From: Eubacteriales bacterium
GTDB lineage: Bacteria > Bacillota > Clostridia > Oscillospirales > CAG-272
Reading direction: 5' to 3'
Length of the DNA: 64,000 nucleotides
Assembly: GCA_045596865.1 (NCBI GenBank)
Contig: JAZODF010000077.1
Coordinates: 4,589 to 68,588, forward strand
This document shows, one piece after another, positions 46,977-57,311 of the stretch. Numbering within the stretch: the first letter of the stretch is position 1; each line of letters opens with the position of its first letter. The notes under the pieces are model-generated. The model did not search any database, was not told the origin of the DNA, and saw only the letters and a list, made by a program, of their open reading frames with translations. A program made the position numbers and the translations under genes.

Positions 46977-48893
46977 TTATTCACCGTCGGGGGCGGTGAG
47001 GTCAATGCCTGTATAACGCTGTGCCTGGATGGTGAAGAGGTTATAGTAATTGCCCTTTTTACGCATAAGCTCATCGTGCGAGCCGACCTCGATCACCCTG
47101 CCCTCGTCGAGGACGACGATCTTGGTTGCGCTGACCGCGCTTGAGAGCTTATGGGAGACGAAGACGGATATTTTCCCCTTCGCAAGGGCGGCGTACTGGT
47201 CGAACACCTCGCGCTCGGCGATGGGGTCGAGGGATGCGGTGGGCTCGTCCATTATGAGGATTTCCGAGTCGTTATAGAAGGCGCGGGCGATGGACAGCTT
47301 CTGCCACTGGCCGCCCGAGAGCTCGACGCCGTTTTCCTCAAACATACGGGTGAGGGGGGTATCGTAGCCGAGGGGGAGATCGTCGATGAAATCGGCGGCA
47401 CCGCCGCGACGTGCGGCGAGTGCGACGGCGGTGTCGCTATGCTCGGCATCGATATCGCCGAAGCGGATATTCTCCGCCGCGGTTTCGGCGTAGTGACCGA
47501 AGTCCTGGAAGATTATGCCGAAGGCGGAATAGAGTGATTCGGTATCGTATTCGCGAAGGTCATGGCCATCGAGATATATTGCGCCCCCGGTGGGGTCGTA
47601 GAGGCGGGTTAAGAGCTTGATAAGCGTGGTTTTTCCCGCGCCGTTAAGTCCGACGAGGACGACAGATTCGCCGTGATCGATACGGAGATTGACGTCGGAG
47701 AGGACGGTGCGCGAGGTGCCGGGATAGGCGAAGCTGACGCCCTTTATTTCGATAGTATGGGGGACGCCGCGCTCGACGGTGAGCGGCTTTTCTGCCTTCG
47801 GGATGATTTTCGGCTCCTCATTCATAAAGGTGATCATATTATCAATGAAGAGGGTGCCCTCGTAGATGGTAACGCTGGCGGCGAGGAGCGTGCCGACGTA
47901 ATTGGAGATAGAGGTGAGCGCGCCCGAGTAGAGCGAGTAATCGCCGACCTGTCCGTCGCCGAAGATAACGCTGTATGCGACGAATACGAAGAGCGCGGAG
48001 GAAACGACGGTCGAGAGAAGTCCGACGAGAATCTGCATAATTCCCTCGCGGACGATGATGCGCTTCAGGCCCTTGTAGTATTTGGCGAATACCGCCTTGT
48101 ACTTTGCGATGAAGGTGTCGCCGAGGCCGAGAATCTTGATTTCCTTTACTCTATCCTTATTAACCATAAGGCCGGAGTAGTAGTTCATCTGCCGTCTTTC
48201 CTTCGAGTGGCGGCGGATGTAGCGGAAATTGCGGTTGCGGAAGTAGAAATTGACGAATGCGCCGGGAATCGCGGCGAGGATAATAAGAAGGGGTGCCCAC
48301 GGGCTCATCGTGCTGAGGACGGCGATGAAGGAAACCGCGCTGATGACCGCGCTGATTACGTTAAAGGATGCAGTGAGGATGTGGATGGGGCGCATTCCCG
48401 CCTCGCGGTTGGCGTTTTCGAGCTTTTCGTAAAACTCGGGGTCATCGTACGAGGAGAGATCGACCTCCTTTGCCTTACCGATTATCATCAGCTTAATGTG
48501 GTTTACAACGAGCTCGCCCGCGATGGAGGAGGTCATCGTGCTGAGCTTAGTCAGCACCTTTTTACCGAAGAGGTAAACAAGATTCAATATGAATAAGAAG
48601 AGGAGCGGGCGGAGTGCCTCGAAGGCGGCGGAGTCAAGTGCGCCGAGGGCGTTTTCGCCGATGAGGCGGGCGATCTCATTCAAGAGGTCGCGGGAGATAT
48701 ACGCGCCGAGGACGGGCAAAATACCGTCGGCAAGGCAGAAGAAGACGAGGAGGACGAGGAGGGCGGGTGCCGCCTTCCACACGAGGGAGAATATGTAGAA
48801 GAGGCGGGTGAGGAACCCCTTGACCGTGGCGAGGATGCCGCGGCGGGGCTTGTCCGCCTTTTCGTTATTACGGGATTTTGAGGAGGTATTCAT
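46977..48893 (-). CDS. ABC exporter, fused permease/ATP-binding half transporter
   Basis: N-terminal TMs, GLNGAGKTT, LSGGQWQKLSIARAF and DEPTASLD motifs. Confidence 0.9.
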   Translation of the reverse strand: MNTSSKSRNNEKADKPRRGILATVKGFLTRLFYIFSLVWKAAPALLVLLVFFCLADGILPVLGAYISRDLLNEIARLIGENALGALDSAAFEALRPLLFLFILNLVYLFGKKVLTKLSTMTSSIAGELVVNHIKLMIIGKAKEVDLSSYDDPEFYEKLENANREAGMRPIHILTASFNVISAVISAVSFIAVLSTMSPWAPLLIILAAIPGAFVNFYFRNRNFRYIRRHSKERRQMNYYSGLMVNKDRVKEIKILGLGDTFIAKYKAVFAKYYKGLKRIIVREGIMQILVGLLSTVVSSALFVFVAYSVIFGDGQVGDYSLYSGALTSISNYVGTLLAASVTIYEGTLFIDNMITFMNEEPKIIPKAEKPLTVERGVPHTIEIKGVSFAYPGTSRTVLSDVNLRIDHGESVVLVGLNGAGKTTLIKLLTRLYDPTGGAIYLDGHDLREYDTESLYSAFGIIFQDFGHYAETAAENIRFGDIDAEHSDTAVALAARRGGAADFIDDLPLGYDTPLTRMFEENGVELSGGQWQKLSIARAFYNDSEILIMDEPTASLDPIAEREVFDQYAALAKGKISVFVSHKLSSAVSATKIVVLDEGRVIEVGSHDELMRKKGNYYNLFTIQAQRYTGIDLTAPDGE

Positions 48894-49037
48894 ACAGTTC
48901 CCTTTCCGTAGTTATTGTAAGCCGCGAGGGGTGCGGCGGAGTATGCGAATTTGGGTGCGGCGAATAGTGCCGCGGGGTGTCGGGTTTTAGGGTAATTTCG
49001 CGAGATAAGTCGGGGGACGTGTGCGAAAACGGGGGTA

Positions 49038-49532
49038 TCAGAGGTCCATTTTGGAGAACAGGACGCCGCCGTCGGTAATGGTGAGGATGCCCGCGGTCGC
49101 GTAGCCGAAGCCGCCCTTGACCGAGCCCGGGTTGAAGTAGTAGACGCCGTGTATATACTCCTCGTGATACTCGTGAGTATGGCCGAAGAGGATGACGTCG
49201 GCGGAAGTTTGCTCGGCGAGGCGGATGAGCCCGTCCATGCCGTATTTAACGCCGTAGAGGTCGCCGTGGGTGAAGATGATCTTCTTGTCGCCGAGGGTGA
49301 TGCTGTCGACCTTGTAGGTAGGGCGATCCATATAGACGCCGAAATCGCAGTTGCCCTTCACGGCGAAGAGCGAGGTGGTGGGTGAGATATCGTTTCGCAC
49401 CGCCTCGAGGTCGTTAAGACCGTCGCCGAGGAAGAAGACGGCGTCGACGTCAGGCCGGCGTTTTATGGCGGTGCGCAATGCCTCCGCGCGACCGTGAGAG
49501 TCGGAGAGGACAAGACATTTTATTTGATTCAT
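49038..49532 (-). CDS. YfcE/YsnB-like metallophosphoesterase
   Basis: SDSHG, LGDG, VKGNCD, THG, FGHTH and NPGS motifs. GGAGG RBS before ATG 49532. Confidence 0.9.
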   Translation of the reverse strand: MNQIKCLVLSDSHGRAEALRTAIKRRPDVDAVFFLGDGLNDLEAVRNDISPTTSLFAVKGNCDFGVYMDRPTYKVDSITLGDKKIIFTHGDLYGVKYGMDGLIRLAEQTSADVILFGHTHEYHEEYIHGVYYFNPGSVKGGFGYATAGILTITDGGVLFSKMDL

Positions 49533-49556
49533 ATATAGGCCTCCCGAAATTTGGTC

Positions 49557-49583
49557 ACAGTTTTGCCTCTCCTGCATAGGATA
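49557..49583 (+). promoter_or_regulatory. Candidate sigmaK/sigmaE (mother-cell) promoter
   Basis: AC-N16-CATAGGATA matches the B. subtilis sigmaK consensus spacing. Confidence 0.45.
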
Positions 49584-49614
49584 GACTAGAAAGCACGAAA
49601 GGAGCACAAGCGGT

Positions 49615-49845
49615 ATGAAGATTGACAAGGATAAGCTGAGGGCGGTGGCGGCATTGCCCGACGACGAGCTGTGGCGGCTGATAAGAGAGATAGCCGCGGG
49701 GCACGGATTCACCCTGCCCGAGAGGACGCCGTCACACGGCGAGCTTGAAAAGATACGCACGGCGATAAGTCACGGGGCGAGCCCGAATATTGCCGAGGCG
49801 CTAAGGGTAATCAAGGATTACAAGAGGGGGAATAAAAATGGCTGA
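49615..49845 (+). CDS. Small hypothetical protein (76 aa)
   Basis: AAAGGAG RBS. First of three overlapping ORFs. Confidence 0.7.
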   Translation: MKIDKDKLRAVAALPDDELWRLIREIAAGHGFTLPERTPSHGELEKIRTAISHGASPNIAEALRVIKDYKRGNKNG

Positions 49846-50131
49846 TGCACCGAGCATATCAAGGATTGTCGGCCTGCTCAGCGAGCATCCCGAGATCATC
49901 GGGCAGATCACCGCCCTGCTCGGTAATGAGGAGGCGATGCCCGCCGCGGAGGAGCCAAGCGAGTCGGTCGCGTCGAGCACTGCGGAGGTGCATATCCCCG
50001 AGAGACGGCGGAGTGACAGAGCGCGCCTGCTCGGCGCGATGAAGCCGTATTTGTCAGAAAGCAGGTCGCGGGCAGTGGAAACGATGATCACCGTCAGCGA
50101 GATTTTAGAGAGCATGAGAGGAGGGGGATAA
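49838..50131 (+). CDS. Small hypothetical protein (97 aa)
   Basis: RBS GAGGGGG, overlap coupling, RARLLGAMKPYLSESR segment. Confidence 0.7.
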   Translation: MADAPSISRIVGLLSEHPEIIGQITALLGNEEAMPAAEEPSESVASSTAEVHIPERRRSDRARLLGAMKPYLSESRSRAVETMITVSEILESMRGGG

Positions 50132-50481
50132 TGTATACGCGAAGCTATCCCGAGAGGGGTGCGGGGGTATTGCCCGAGGGTTATTCGGGCAGCGCGATAC
50201 GCGAGGAGCACGAGGAGGAGCCCGTGCGCACCGAGGCGGAAAACAGGAATCCGTGGGAGGCGGGCGAGGATGCCGAGCCCGCGAGCGCGGAGGCAAAAAG
50301 CGAGCTTAGCGGTCTTATTGGCGGCGGTTTTTTATCCGACCTGTTCCGCGGGGGCAAGCTGAATATACGGGCCATCGGGTTTGAGGAGATACTCATCATT
50401 GCCGCGGCGGCGTATATGCTGATTTCACGCGACGGAGATCGCGAGTGCGGTGTGATGCTACTTATTCTTTTGCTAATATAA
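50131..50481 (+). CDS. Small hypothetical protein (116 aa) with hydrophobic C-terminal hairpin
   Basis: TAATG overlap, GGAGGG RBS, EEILIIAAAAYMLI...VMLLILLLI. Confidence 0.7.
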   Translation: MYTRSYPERGAGVLPEGYSGSAIREEHEEEPVRTEAENRNPWEAGEDAEPASAEAKSELSGLIGGGFLSDLFRGGKLNIRAIGFEEILIIAAAAYMLISRDGDRECGVMLLILLLI

Positions 50482-50493
50482 GTTTACATTTTC

Positions 50494-50535
50494 GGGTAAC
50501 GCGGGGCTAAATTTTTGCCCGCGCGTTACCCTTTT
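50494..50535. terminator. Intrinsic terminator between the small-ORF operon and polC
   Basis: GGGTAACGCG...CGCGTTACCCTTTT. Confidence 0.65.
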
Positions 50536-50594
50536 GATTTTTGCCCGTTCCAGGGCGAAATAGCGAATAAGTATGGGGGCGTGTCAAATTTCGG

Positions 50595-53500
50595 TTAGTC
50601 GCCCATGGGGGTATCGAACTGGAAGATGGAGTACTGGTCGGTTTCGTTCAGCCCGTCGAGGACGCCGTTGCGGCGAAGAATCTCGATGACCGATTTAGAG
50701 ATGCCCGTACGGAGGCGGAGCTCCTCGACCGAGTAGAGGTCGTACTCCTCACGCGCGGCAATAATCTTTTCTGCCGCGGTGTCGCCAAGGCCCGAGAGGC
50801 TGTTGAAGGGCATACGGATCTTTCCGTTCTCGGGAAGGAAGGCGGTGGCGTGGGATTTTTTGAGGTTGACGTTAAGGAACTGGACGCCGCGGGCCATAGC
50901 CTCTCTGACGAGGTAAAGGGTGGTGCACTGCTCGTTTTCCTTCTGGGTGGCGTCGTTGCCCTTCTCCTCAAGCTCCCTGATCTTCTCGGACACGCCGTTA
51001 TAGCCGCGGTTGACGATCTCGGCATCGAAGCCGCCGGGGGCAACCGTTAAGAAGGCGGCGTAGAACTCCATCGGGTAGTATATCTTATACCACGCAAGGC
51101 GGATAGCCGACATGACGTATGCGGCGGCGTGTGCCTTCGGGAACATGTACTTGATCTTCTTGCAGGAGTCCATATACCAATCGGGAACGCCGTGCTCGCG
51201 CATCATTTCCTCCCACTCGGGCTTTAATCCCCTGCCCTTACGGACGCTCTCCATAATATTGAAGGCAGAGGAATTGTCAAGACCGTAGCGGATCAGCGTG
51301 TTCATAATATCGTCGCGGCATCCGATAACGTTGGAAATGTCGCAGATGCCGTTTCTGATAAGCTCATCGGCGTTGCCGAGCCAGCAGCCCGTGCCGTGGG
51401 TAAGTCCCGAGATCTGGAGAAGGTCGGCGAAGTTTTTCGGCTTGGCATCGATAAGCACCTGCTGAAGGAAGCGCGTACCCATCTCGGGGATGCCGTACGT
51501 GCCGATCTTGCACCCGCCGATGTCATCGGGGGTGATGCCGAGGGGACGGGTGGAGGAGAACAGCTCGTAGACCGCCTTATCGTTCATTTTAACGTCGAGG
51601 ACGGAGGTATTCGTATAGCGCTCGAGCATCTTATACTTGGTAGGCATATCGTGTCCGAGCTCATCAAGCTTCAGTATCGTATCGTGAAGATAGGAGAACT
51701 GGAAGTGGGTGGTGATGATGTCGGATTTCGGGTCGTCCGCGGGATGCTGAACGGGGGTGAAATCATAGATTTCATATTCGGTCGGTACGACGATGATGCC
51801 GCCCGGGTGCTGACCCGTCGTGCGCTTGATTCCGACGAGCTTCGACACCATGTGGGCGACCTCGGCGGGCGGGATCTTTATCCTACGCTCCTCGAGGTAT
51901 TTCTTAATGAAGCCCCACGCGGTCTTATCCGCGAGGGTGCCCGTCGTGCCCGCACGGAACACGTGTCCTTCACCAAAGAGCTCCTCGGTGTATTTATGCA
52001 CCTTACCCTGCACGTCGCCCGAGAAGTTCAGGTCGATATCGGGTGATTTATCGCCGTAGAAGCCGAGGAAGGTTTCAAAGGGGATATTGTGACCGTCGGC
52101 GTACATTGGCGTGCCGCAGACGGGACAGACCTTGTCGGGCAGGTCAAAGCCCGAGCCGACCGAGCCGTCGAGGATAAACTCGCTATGGCGACATTTGGTG
52201 CAACGGTAGTGCGGCGGGAGCGGGTTAACCTCGGATATGCCGGACATCGTAGCGACGAAGGAGGAGCCGACCGAGCCACGCGAGCCGACGAGGTAGCCAA
52301 GGCTCTCGGAATATGCGACGAGCTTGACCGCGATCATATAAAGGACGGCGAAGCCGTTTTTGATAATGGAGGTGAGCTCCTTGTCAAGGCGCTTCTCAAC
52401 CACCTCGGGCAGGTTGTCACCGTACCACTCGTGTGCGCGATTCCAACAGGATTCGGTGAGCTCGTCCGCGGCGCCCTCGATATTAGGCTCGTATCTGCCC
52501 TCGGGAATGGGGCGGATGACGTCGCACATATCGGCGATCTTATTCGGGTTGGTGATGACCACCTCGCGCGCGGTTTCCTCACCGAGATATGCAAACTCGG
52601 CGAGCATTTCCTCGGTGGTGCGGAGGTAGATGGGGGTGGGCTTGTCCGCGTCGGCAAATTTTCTGCCCGCGAGGATGATGCTTCGGTAAATCTCGTCCTC
52701 CTTGTCCAAAAAGTGGGCGTCGCAGGTGGCGCAGACGGGCTTACCGAGCTTTTTACCGAGGGCGACGATCTGGCGGTTGATGTCCATAAGGTCGGCGTCG
52801 GTGTTGATGGAGGGCAGATCCTTGTCATCAAACATGAATCGGTTATTACCGAGCGGCTGAATTTCAAGGTAATCGTAGAAGGATGCAATCTCCTCCAGCT
52901 CCTGCGTGGAGGCGCCCTTCTTGATTGCGGAATAGAGCTCGCCCGCCTCGCAGGCAGAGCCGATGATAAGTCCGTCGCGGTACTGCTCGAGGACGGATTT
53001 CGGGATTCGGGGCACGCGGCGGTAATAGTTAAGGTAGCTCATCGAGATGAGCTTATAGAGATTGCGAAGACCGTCGCGAGTCCTCGCGAAGATGATCATG
53101 TGTCGGGGGCGGATCTGGAGCGGGTCGGCGCTCTCGGACATTGCCTCCATAACGCGGTCGAAGCTGTCGACACCCTCCGAGCGGAGGCGGTCAAGCATAA
53201 CGAAAAAGATGCGTGCGAGCATTTCGGCATCGTCATCCGCGCGGTGGTGGTGGAACCCACCGAGGCCGTAGTGGTCGGCGATGATATTCAGCTTATGCTG
53301 CTTCAACTCGGGGTTGACGTAGCGGGAGAGGCCGACGGTGTCGAGGTAGGAGTTCGTGAAGGGGAGCTCCTGCCTTTCGGCGGCGACGCGGATAAAGCCG
53401 ACGTCGAAGCCCGCATTGTGCGCGACGAGCATAGAGTCGCCCGCGAATTTCAGGAACATCTCAAGCGCTTCCCTCTCCTTCGGTGCGCCCTTCACCATAT

Positions 53501-55040
53501 CGTTGGTGATAGAGGTGAGCTTGGTGATCTCCTCGCTGATCTCGCACTCGGGATCGACGAAGGTATCCATACGGTCGATGATCTCGCCGTTCTTGATTTT
53601 CACCGCGCCGATTTCGATTATCTTGCAGACCTTCGGGGAGAGGCCGGTGGTCTCGAGGTCGAATACGACCATTTCACCGTCGAAGGCGGGGTAATTGCCG
53701 CCGAAGATGCATCGGGCGGTATCGTTGACGAAGTATGCCTCCATACCGTAGAGGACCTTGAGGTCGCCCTTGCCCGCCTTCTTCGCCTTTTCGAGGGCGA
53801 GCATGACCTCGGGGAAGGATTGCACGTTTCCGTGGTCGGTGACGGCGATGGCAGGATGGCCCCAGCGGATGGCGGTATTAACCAGCTCGGACGGGGTGAT
53901 GATGGCGTCCATCGAGGACATATTGGTGTGGAGGTGGAGCTCAACGCGCTTTTCGGGCGAGTTGTCCATACGCTCGATCTTCTTTATTTTCTTTATTCCG
54001 CGGGGGAACAGGTATGTATCGTTATCGAAGTTATCAAGGCGGGTCTTGCCGAATACGGCGACGTGGGTGCCAATCTTCAGCCCGTCGAGCCAGCCGAGCT
54101 CATCGGGGGCAAACGGCCTTTTGATATAGACGCCCGAGGCGCCGTCGGAGATACCGACGGTGAGGTTGAGCTTATCTCCGCGGCGGGTCTCCTTGGTGGT
54201 GACCTCAAAGACGGTGCCGAGGAAGATGGTGTTCGTGCGGCTTTTAAGGACGTCGGAGAGGGGGGTAGGCTCGGAGATATCAAAGTCCTCGCCCCATATT
54301 GGCTCGGCGCCCTCGGTGTTATAGGTGCTCGCACCCATGCGGAATTTGGTATCGCTGATGACGCTGTTCTGCCCTGTCAGGGAGGACAGGCCTGCGCGCG
54401 CCTCAAAGTCATACTGCGGGTCGCGTGCGCGCTCCTCTGCTATTCTGTCCGCTTCTCTTTGCGCGCGCTCGCGTGCGGCGCGCTCGCGGTTGTCCGCCTC
54501 GGCGGTTTCGAGGGTCTGTCGCCTGCGCTCCTGCATACTGCGCTCGAAGTCCTCGGCACCCCTGCCCTCCTCGATAACAACCCTACGGGTCACGCCGTAG
54601 CGGGAGAGAAGGATGCGGGAGAGGATCGCGCCCGTGTCGGCGTGGTTGACGAAGCCGACGCCAATCTCGTTAAACGGGATGGAGATATGTACGGTTTCGC
54701 CGTCGTCCGAATACTCGGCAAGCGACAAAAAGCCGCGGGTGACAGCACCGAAGAGGGATGCCTCGTAGGCAATCTCGCTCCAACGGGTGACGTTATACTC
54801 GCTCGGTGGGAAGTGGACGAGGAGCTTAAACACCTCGGCAAGATAGAGGGTGCGGCACTCGTCCTCAATATCGTATAGTATATCGGCGTCGATATGCTTG
54901 TCAAAGGAGATATTCACCTCGACGCGCAGAGGCGCCTTGTTAAGTATTCTTACCTGAACGTCGGTTGCACCTTCGAGCAGCTGACGCTTTTTGGTATCCG
55001 GATTATATCGTGTAAAGACGTCAAAGAAGCCCTTCTTCAA
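50595..55040 (-). CDS. polC: DNA polymerase III PolC-type alpha subunit
   Basis: RVELHLHTNMS (PHP), VFDLETTG (exonuclease), GSRGSVGSS, PDIDLNFSG, RTTGQHPGG and YMFPKAHA motifs. Start taken as TTG 55040 after GAGG; alternative ATG 55076. Confidence 0.97.
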   Translation of the reverse strand: MKKGFFDVFTRYNPDTKKRQLLEGATDVQVRILNKAPLRVEVNISFDKHIDADILYDIEDECRTLYLAEVFKLLVHFPPSEYNVTRWSEIAYEASLFGAVTRGFLSLAEYSDDGETVHISIPFNEIGVGFVNHADTGAILSRILLSRYGVTRRVVIEEGRGAEDFERSMQERRRQTLETAEADNRERAARERAQREADRIAEERARDPQYDFEARAGLSSLTGQNSVISDTKFRMGASTYNTEGAEPIWGEDFDISEPTPLSDVLKSRTNTIFLGTVFEVTTKETRRGDKLNLTVGISDGASGVYIKRPFAPDELGWLDGLKIGTHVAVFGKTRLDNFDNDTYLFPRGIKKIKKIERMDNSPEKRVELHLHTNMSSMDAIITPSELVNTAIRWGHPAIAVTDHGNVQSFPEVMLALEKAKKAGKGDLKVLYGMEAYFVNDTARCIFGGNYPAFDGEMVVFDLETTGLSPKVCKIIEIGAVKIKNGEIIDRMDTFVDPECEISEEITKLTSITNDMVKGAPKEREALEMFLKFAGDSMLVAHNAGFDVGFIRVAAERQELPFTNSYLDTVGLSRYVNPELKQHKLNIIADHYGLGGFHHHRADDDAEMLARIFFVMLDRLRSEGVDSFDRVMEAMSESADPLQIRPRHMIIFARTRDGLRNLYKLISMSYLNYYRRVPRIPKSVLEQYRDGLIIGSACEAGELYSAIKKGASTQELEEIASFYDYLEIQPLGNNRFMFDDKDLPSINTDADLMDINRQIVALGKKLGKPVCATCDAHFLDKEDEIYRSIILAGRKFADADKPTPIYLRTTEEMLAEFAYLGEETAREVVITNPNKIADMCDVIRPIPEGRYEPNIEGAADELTESCWNRAHEWYGDNLPEVVEKRLDKELTSIIKNGFAVLYMIAVKLVAYSESLGYLVGSRGSVGSSFVATMSGISEVNPLPPHYRCTKCRHSEFILDGSVGSGFDLPDKVCPVCGTPMYADGHNIPFETFLGFYGDKSPDIDLNFSGDVQGKVHKYTEELFGEGHVFRAGTTGTLADKTAWGFIKKYLEERRIKIPPAEVAHMVSKLVGIKRTTGQHPGGIIVVPTEYEIYDFTPVQHPADDPKSDIITTHFQFSYLHDTILKLDELGHDMPTKYKMLERYTNTSVLDVKMNDKAVYELFSSTRPLGITPDDIGGCKIGTYGIPEMGTRFLQQVLIDAKPKNFADLLQISGLTHGTGCWLGNADELIRNGICDISNVIGCRDDIMNTLIRYGLDNSSAFNIMESVRKGRGLKPEWEEMMREHGVPDWYMDSCKKIKYMFPKAHAAAYVMSAIRLAWYKIYYPMEFYAAFLTVAPGGFDAEIVNRGYNGVSEKIRELEEKGNDATQKENEQCTTLYLVREAMARGVQFLNVNLKKSHATAFLPENGKIRMPFNSLSGLGDTAAEKIIAAREEYDLYSVEELRLRTGISKSVIEILRRNGVLDGLNETDQYSIFQFDTPMGD

Positions 55041-55101
55041 CTTGTCTGCCTCGCTTTCGTTTACTGTCGGCGGCATGCCGCGGGTTGCGATGTGCCGTGG
55101 A

Positions 55102-56175
55102 TTATTTGCCAATAAGGCCCTTGATTTCAAGGATGAGCTCGTCAAGAAGCCTGTCCTCGGGGACCTTGCGAAGGATCTCGCCCTTTTTAAAGATAAGGCC
55201 CTCGCCGTTTCCGCCCGCGATGCCGAGGTCTGCCTCGCGTGCCTCGCCGGGTCCGTTGACGGCACAGCCCATCAGGGCGACCTTGATATTCAGGGAGTCG
55301 AGCCCCTCTCTCCTCACGCGCTCCTTGAACTCGCGAAGGAGGGGGATAAGGTTGATCTTCGTGCGCCCGCAGGTCGGACAGGCGACGATATCCATGCCGC
55401 CCCGTTTATCGAGGGCGAGGGCGCGGAGAATTTCGCGCGCGGCGTAAATTTCGTTTACGGGGTCATCGGTCAGGGACACGCGGACGGTGTCGCCGATGCC
55501 CTCGGCAAGGAGGGTGCCGATGCCGATTGCGCTTTTTACAAGGGCGCTGTCCCCTCCGCCTGCCTCGGTAACGCCGAGATGGAGGGGGTAATCGGTTTTT
55601 TCGGCGAGGATGCGGTTTGCCGCAATCATCGTGCGGGTGTCGGATGCCTTGACCGAGAGGAGGATGTTTCGGTAGTCGTACCGCTCAAGGAGAGAGGCGT
55701 GATATAGCGCGCTCTCGGCAAGGGCGGCGGCGGTGGGGGCGCCGTGGCGGGCGAGAATATGCTTTTCAAGCGAGCCCGAATTGACGCCGATGCGGATAGG
55801 GGTATTATTCCTGCGGCAGGCCTCGACAACGGCGGCGACGCGCTCGTCGCTACCGATATTGCCGGGGTTTATTCGTATCTTGTCCACGCCCGCATCCGCG
55901 CAGGCGATGGCGATCTCGTGATTAAAGTGGATGTCCGCGACGAGGGGCACGGGGACGCCGCGTGCCTTCAGTACCTCAAACGTTCTGACGCTTTCGAGGT
56001 CGGGCGCGGTGATGCGGACGACGTCACAGCCCGCCTCGTAGAGGCGCATCGTCTGGTCATAGGTGGCGTCGATATTATGGGTGTCGGTGTTGGTCATCGA
56101 CTGAATGGAGATCGGGCTGTTACCGCCAATCTCAACGCCGCCGACGTTGACGGTGCGGGTATTTCTGCGTATCAT
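55102..56175 (-). CDS. ispG: HMBPP synthase (MEP pathway)
   Basis: IQSMTNT, ADIHF, RINPGNIG, RIGVNSGSL, HLGVTEAG, CPTCGRT and MGCAVNGPGEA motifs. Confidence 0.97.
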   Translation of the reverse strand: MIRRNTRTVNVGGVEIGGNSPISIQSMTNTDTHNIDATYDQTMRLYEAGCDVVRITAPDLESVRTFEVLKARGVPVPLVADIHFNHEIAIACADAGVDKIRINPGNIGSDERVAAVVEACRRNNTPIRIGVNSGSLEKHILARHGAPTAAALAESALYHASLLERYDYRNILLSVKASDTRTMIAANRILAEKTDYPLHLGVTEAGGGDSALVKSAIGIGTLLAEGIGDTVRVSLTDDPVNEIYAAREILRALALDKRGGMDIVACPTCGRTKINLIPLLREFKERVRREGLDSLNIKVALMGCAVNGPGEAREADLGIAGGNGEGLIFKKGEILRKVPEDRLLDELILEIKGLIGK

Positions 56176-56228
56176 ATCACGCCTCCTTTTCGTTTTTCAG
56201 TGGTAATGCGCGGGTATTATCCTATAGG

Positions 56229-57311
56229 TCAGACAAAGAGCTGGAAGATATCCTTCGCCATTATGACGACCGAGAGAAGAAGCAGCGCGGCGAGGCCGAC
56301 GGCGTTGATGATGCCCTCAACCTTGGCCGGCATTTTCTTGCGGGTGATCATCTCGATAAGGATGACCGCGATTCTGCCACCGTCAAGTGCGGGAATGGGC
56401 AGAAGGTTCATAAAGCCGAGGTTAATGCTGATTATGACGGTGATATTAAGCAGAGAGAGGATGCGCTGGGCGAAGGTGCCGACGCTGACCGCCTCGCCAA
56501 TTGCGGAGGAGATGCCGACGGGGCCGGAGATGGCGGCGACGGTATATCTGCCCGTCAGAAGATCGAAGATGGATTCCCAGCACATACGCATAACGAGGCA
56601 TGCCTTGCGGAAGGCGATACCAAAGGTATCGAAGAAGCCCTTGTCAATAGCGGTGACATAGAAGTCCATGCTGCCGAAGGTCTGTCCCTGGTCGGTGGCG
56701 GTGGGGAAAATGACGTCCTCAATAACCTTCACCTCCCCGTTACGAAGGACGGTGAGGTCAACCGGCTCGTAGCCTTGGCGCATAATCTCGTAGGAGAGCT
56801 CGTCGGCGATCTTAACGCGCTTGCCGTTGACGTGGGTGATGGTGTCACCCGCCATAAGACCGTAGTCGGACGAGGGTGCGACGTAGGTGTAGCCCTCCTC
56901 CGCGGGGAAGGAATCGGCGGGAATAAAGCTATGGACGGTGGTGTTACCGACCCTTATCGAGGCGGTGATGATTATCATTGCAAGGAAGCCGACGAGAATA
57001 TTGACGGTGGCACCCGCGGCGGTGATTATAAAGCGCTGCCATGCGGGCTTTTTATTAAAGGCGTTGGGGTCGTCGGAGTCCTCGTCCTCGCCAACCATGG
57101 CGACGTAGCCGCCAATCGGGAACATTCCGAGCGAGTAGTTTATATTGGTTTTTTTAGAGGTGTAGGTGACGAGCTTCGGTCCCATGCCGATGGAGAAGTC
57201 GGTGATGGTGACCTTGAAGATGCGTGCGGTGATATAGTGTCCGAACTCGTGGATGAAGATAAGGAATCCGAACACGAGAAGTGCGAGAATAACGGTTAGT
57301 GCGGTGCCCAT
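56229..57311 (-). CDS. rseP: RIP metalloprotease RseP/RasP (M50)
   Basis: HEFGH, FSIGMGP, PIGGYV, a PDZ-like region and NLLPIPALDGG. Confidence 0.93.
   Translation of the reverse strand: MGTALTVILALLVFGFLIFIHEFGHYITARIFKVTITDFSIGMGPKLVTYTSKKTNINYSLGMFPIGGYVAMVGEDEDSDDPNAFNKKPAWQRFIITAAGATVNILVGFLAMIIITASIRVGNTTVHSFIPADSFPAEEGYTYVAPSSDYGLMAGDTITHVNGKRVKIADELSYEIMRQGYEPVDLTVLRNGEVKVIEDVIFPTATDQGQTFGSMDFYVTAIDKGFFDTFGIAFRKACLVMRMCWESIFDLLTGRYTVAAISGPVGISSAIGEAVSVGTFAQRILSLLNITVIISINLGFMNLLPIPALDGGRIAVILIEMITRKKMPAKVEGIINAVGLAALLLLSVVIMAKDIFQLFV

Noticed and set aside
50595-55040. Intein or other insertion in PolC
   Set aside because: Length and motif order are normal. Only a charged linker in the N-terminal region was noted.
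55041-55265. N-terminal extension of PolC overlapping ispG; likewise the extensions of ORFs 1991.., 12682.., ..49760 and ..58562
   Set aside because: These are longest-ORF artefacts. Downstream starts have RBSs and match the family N-termini.
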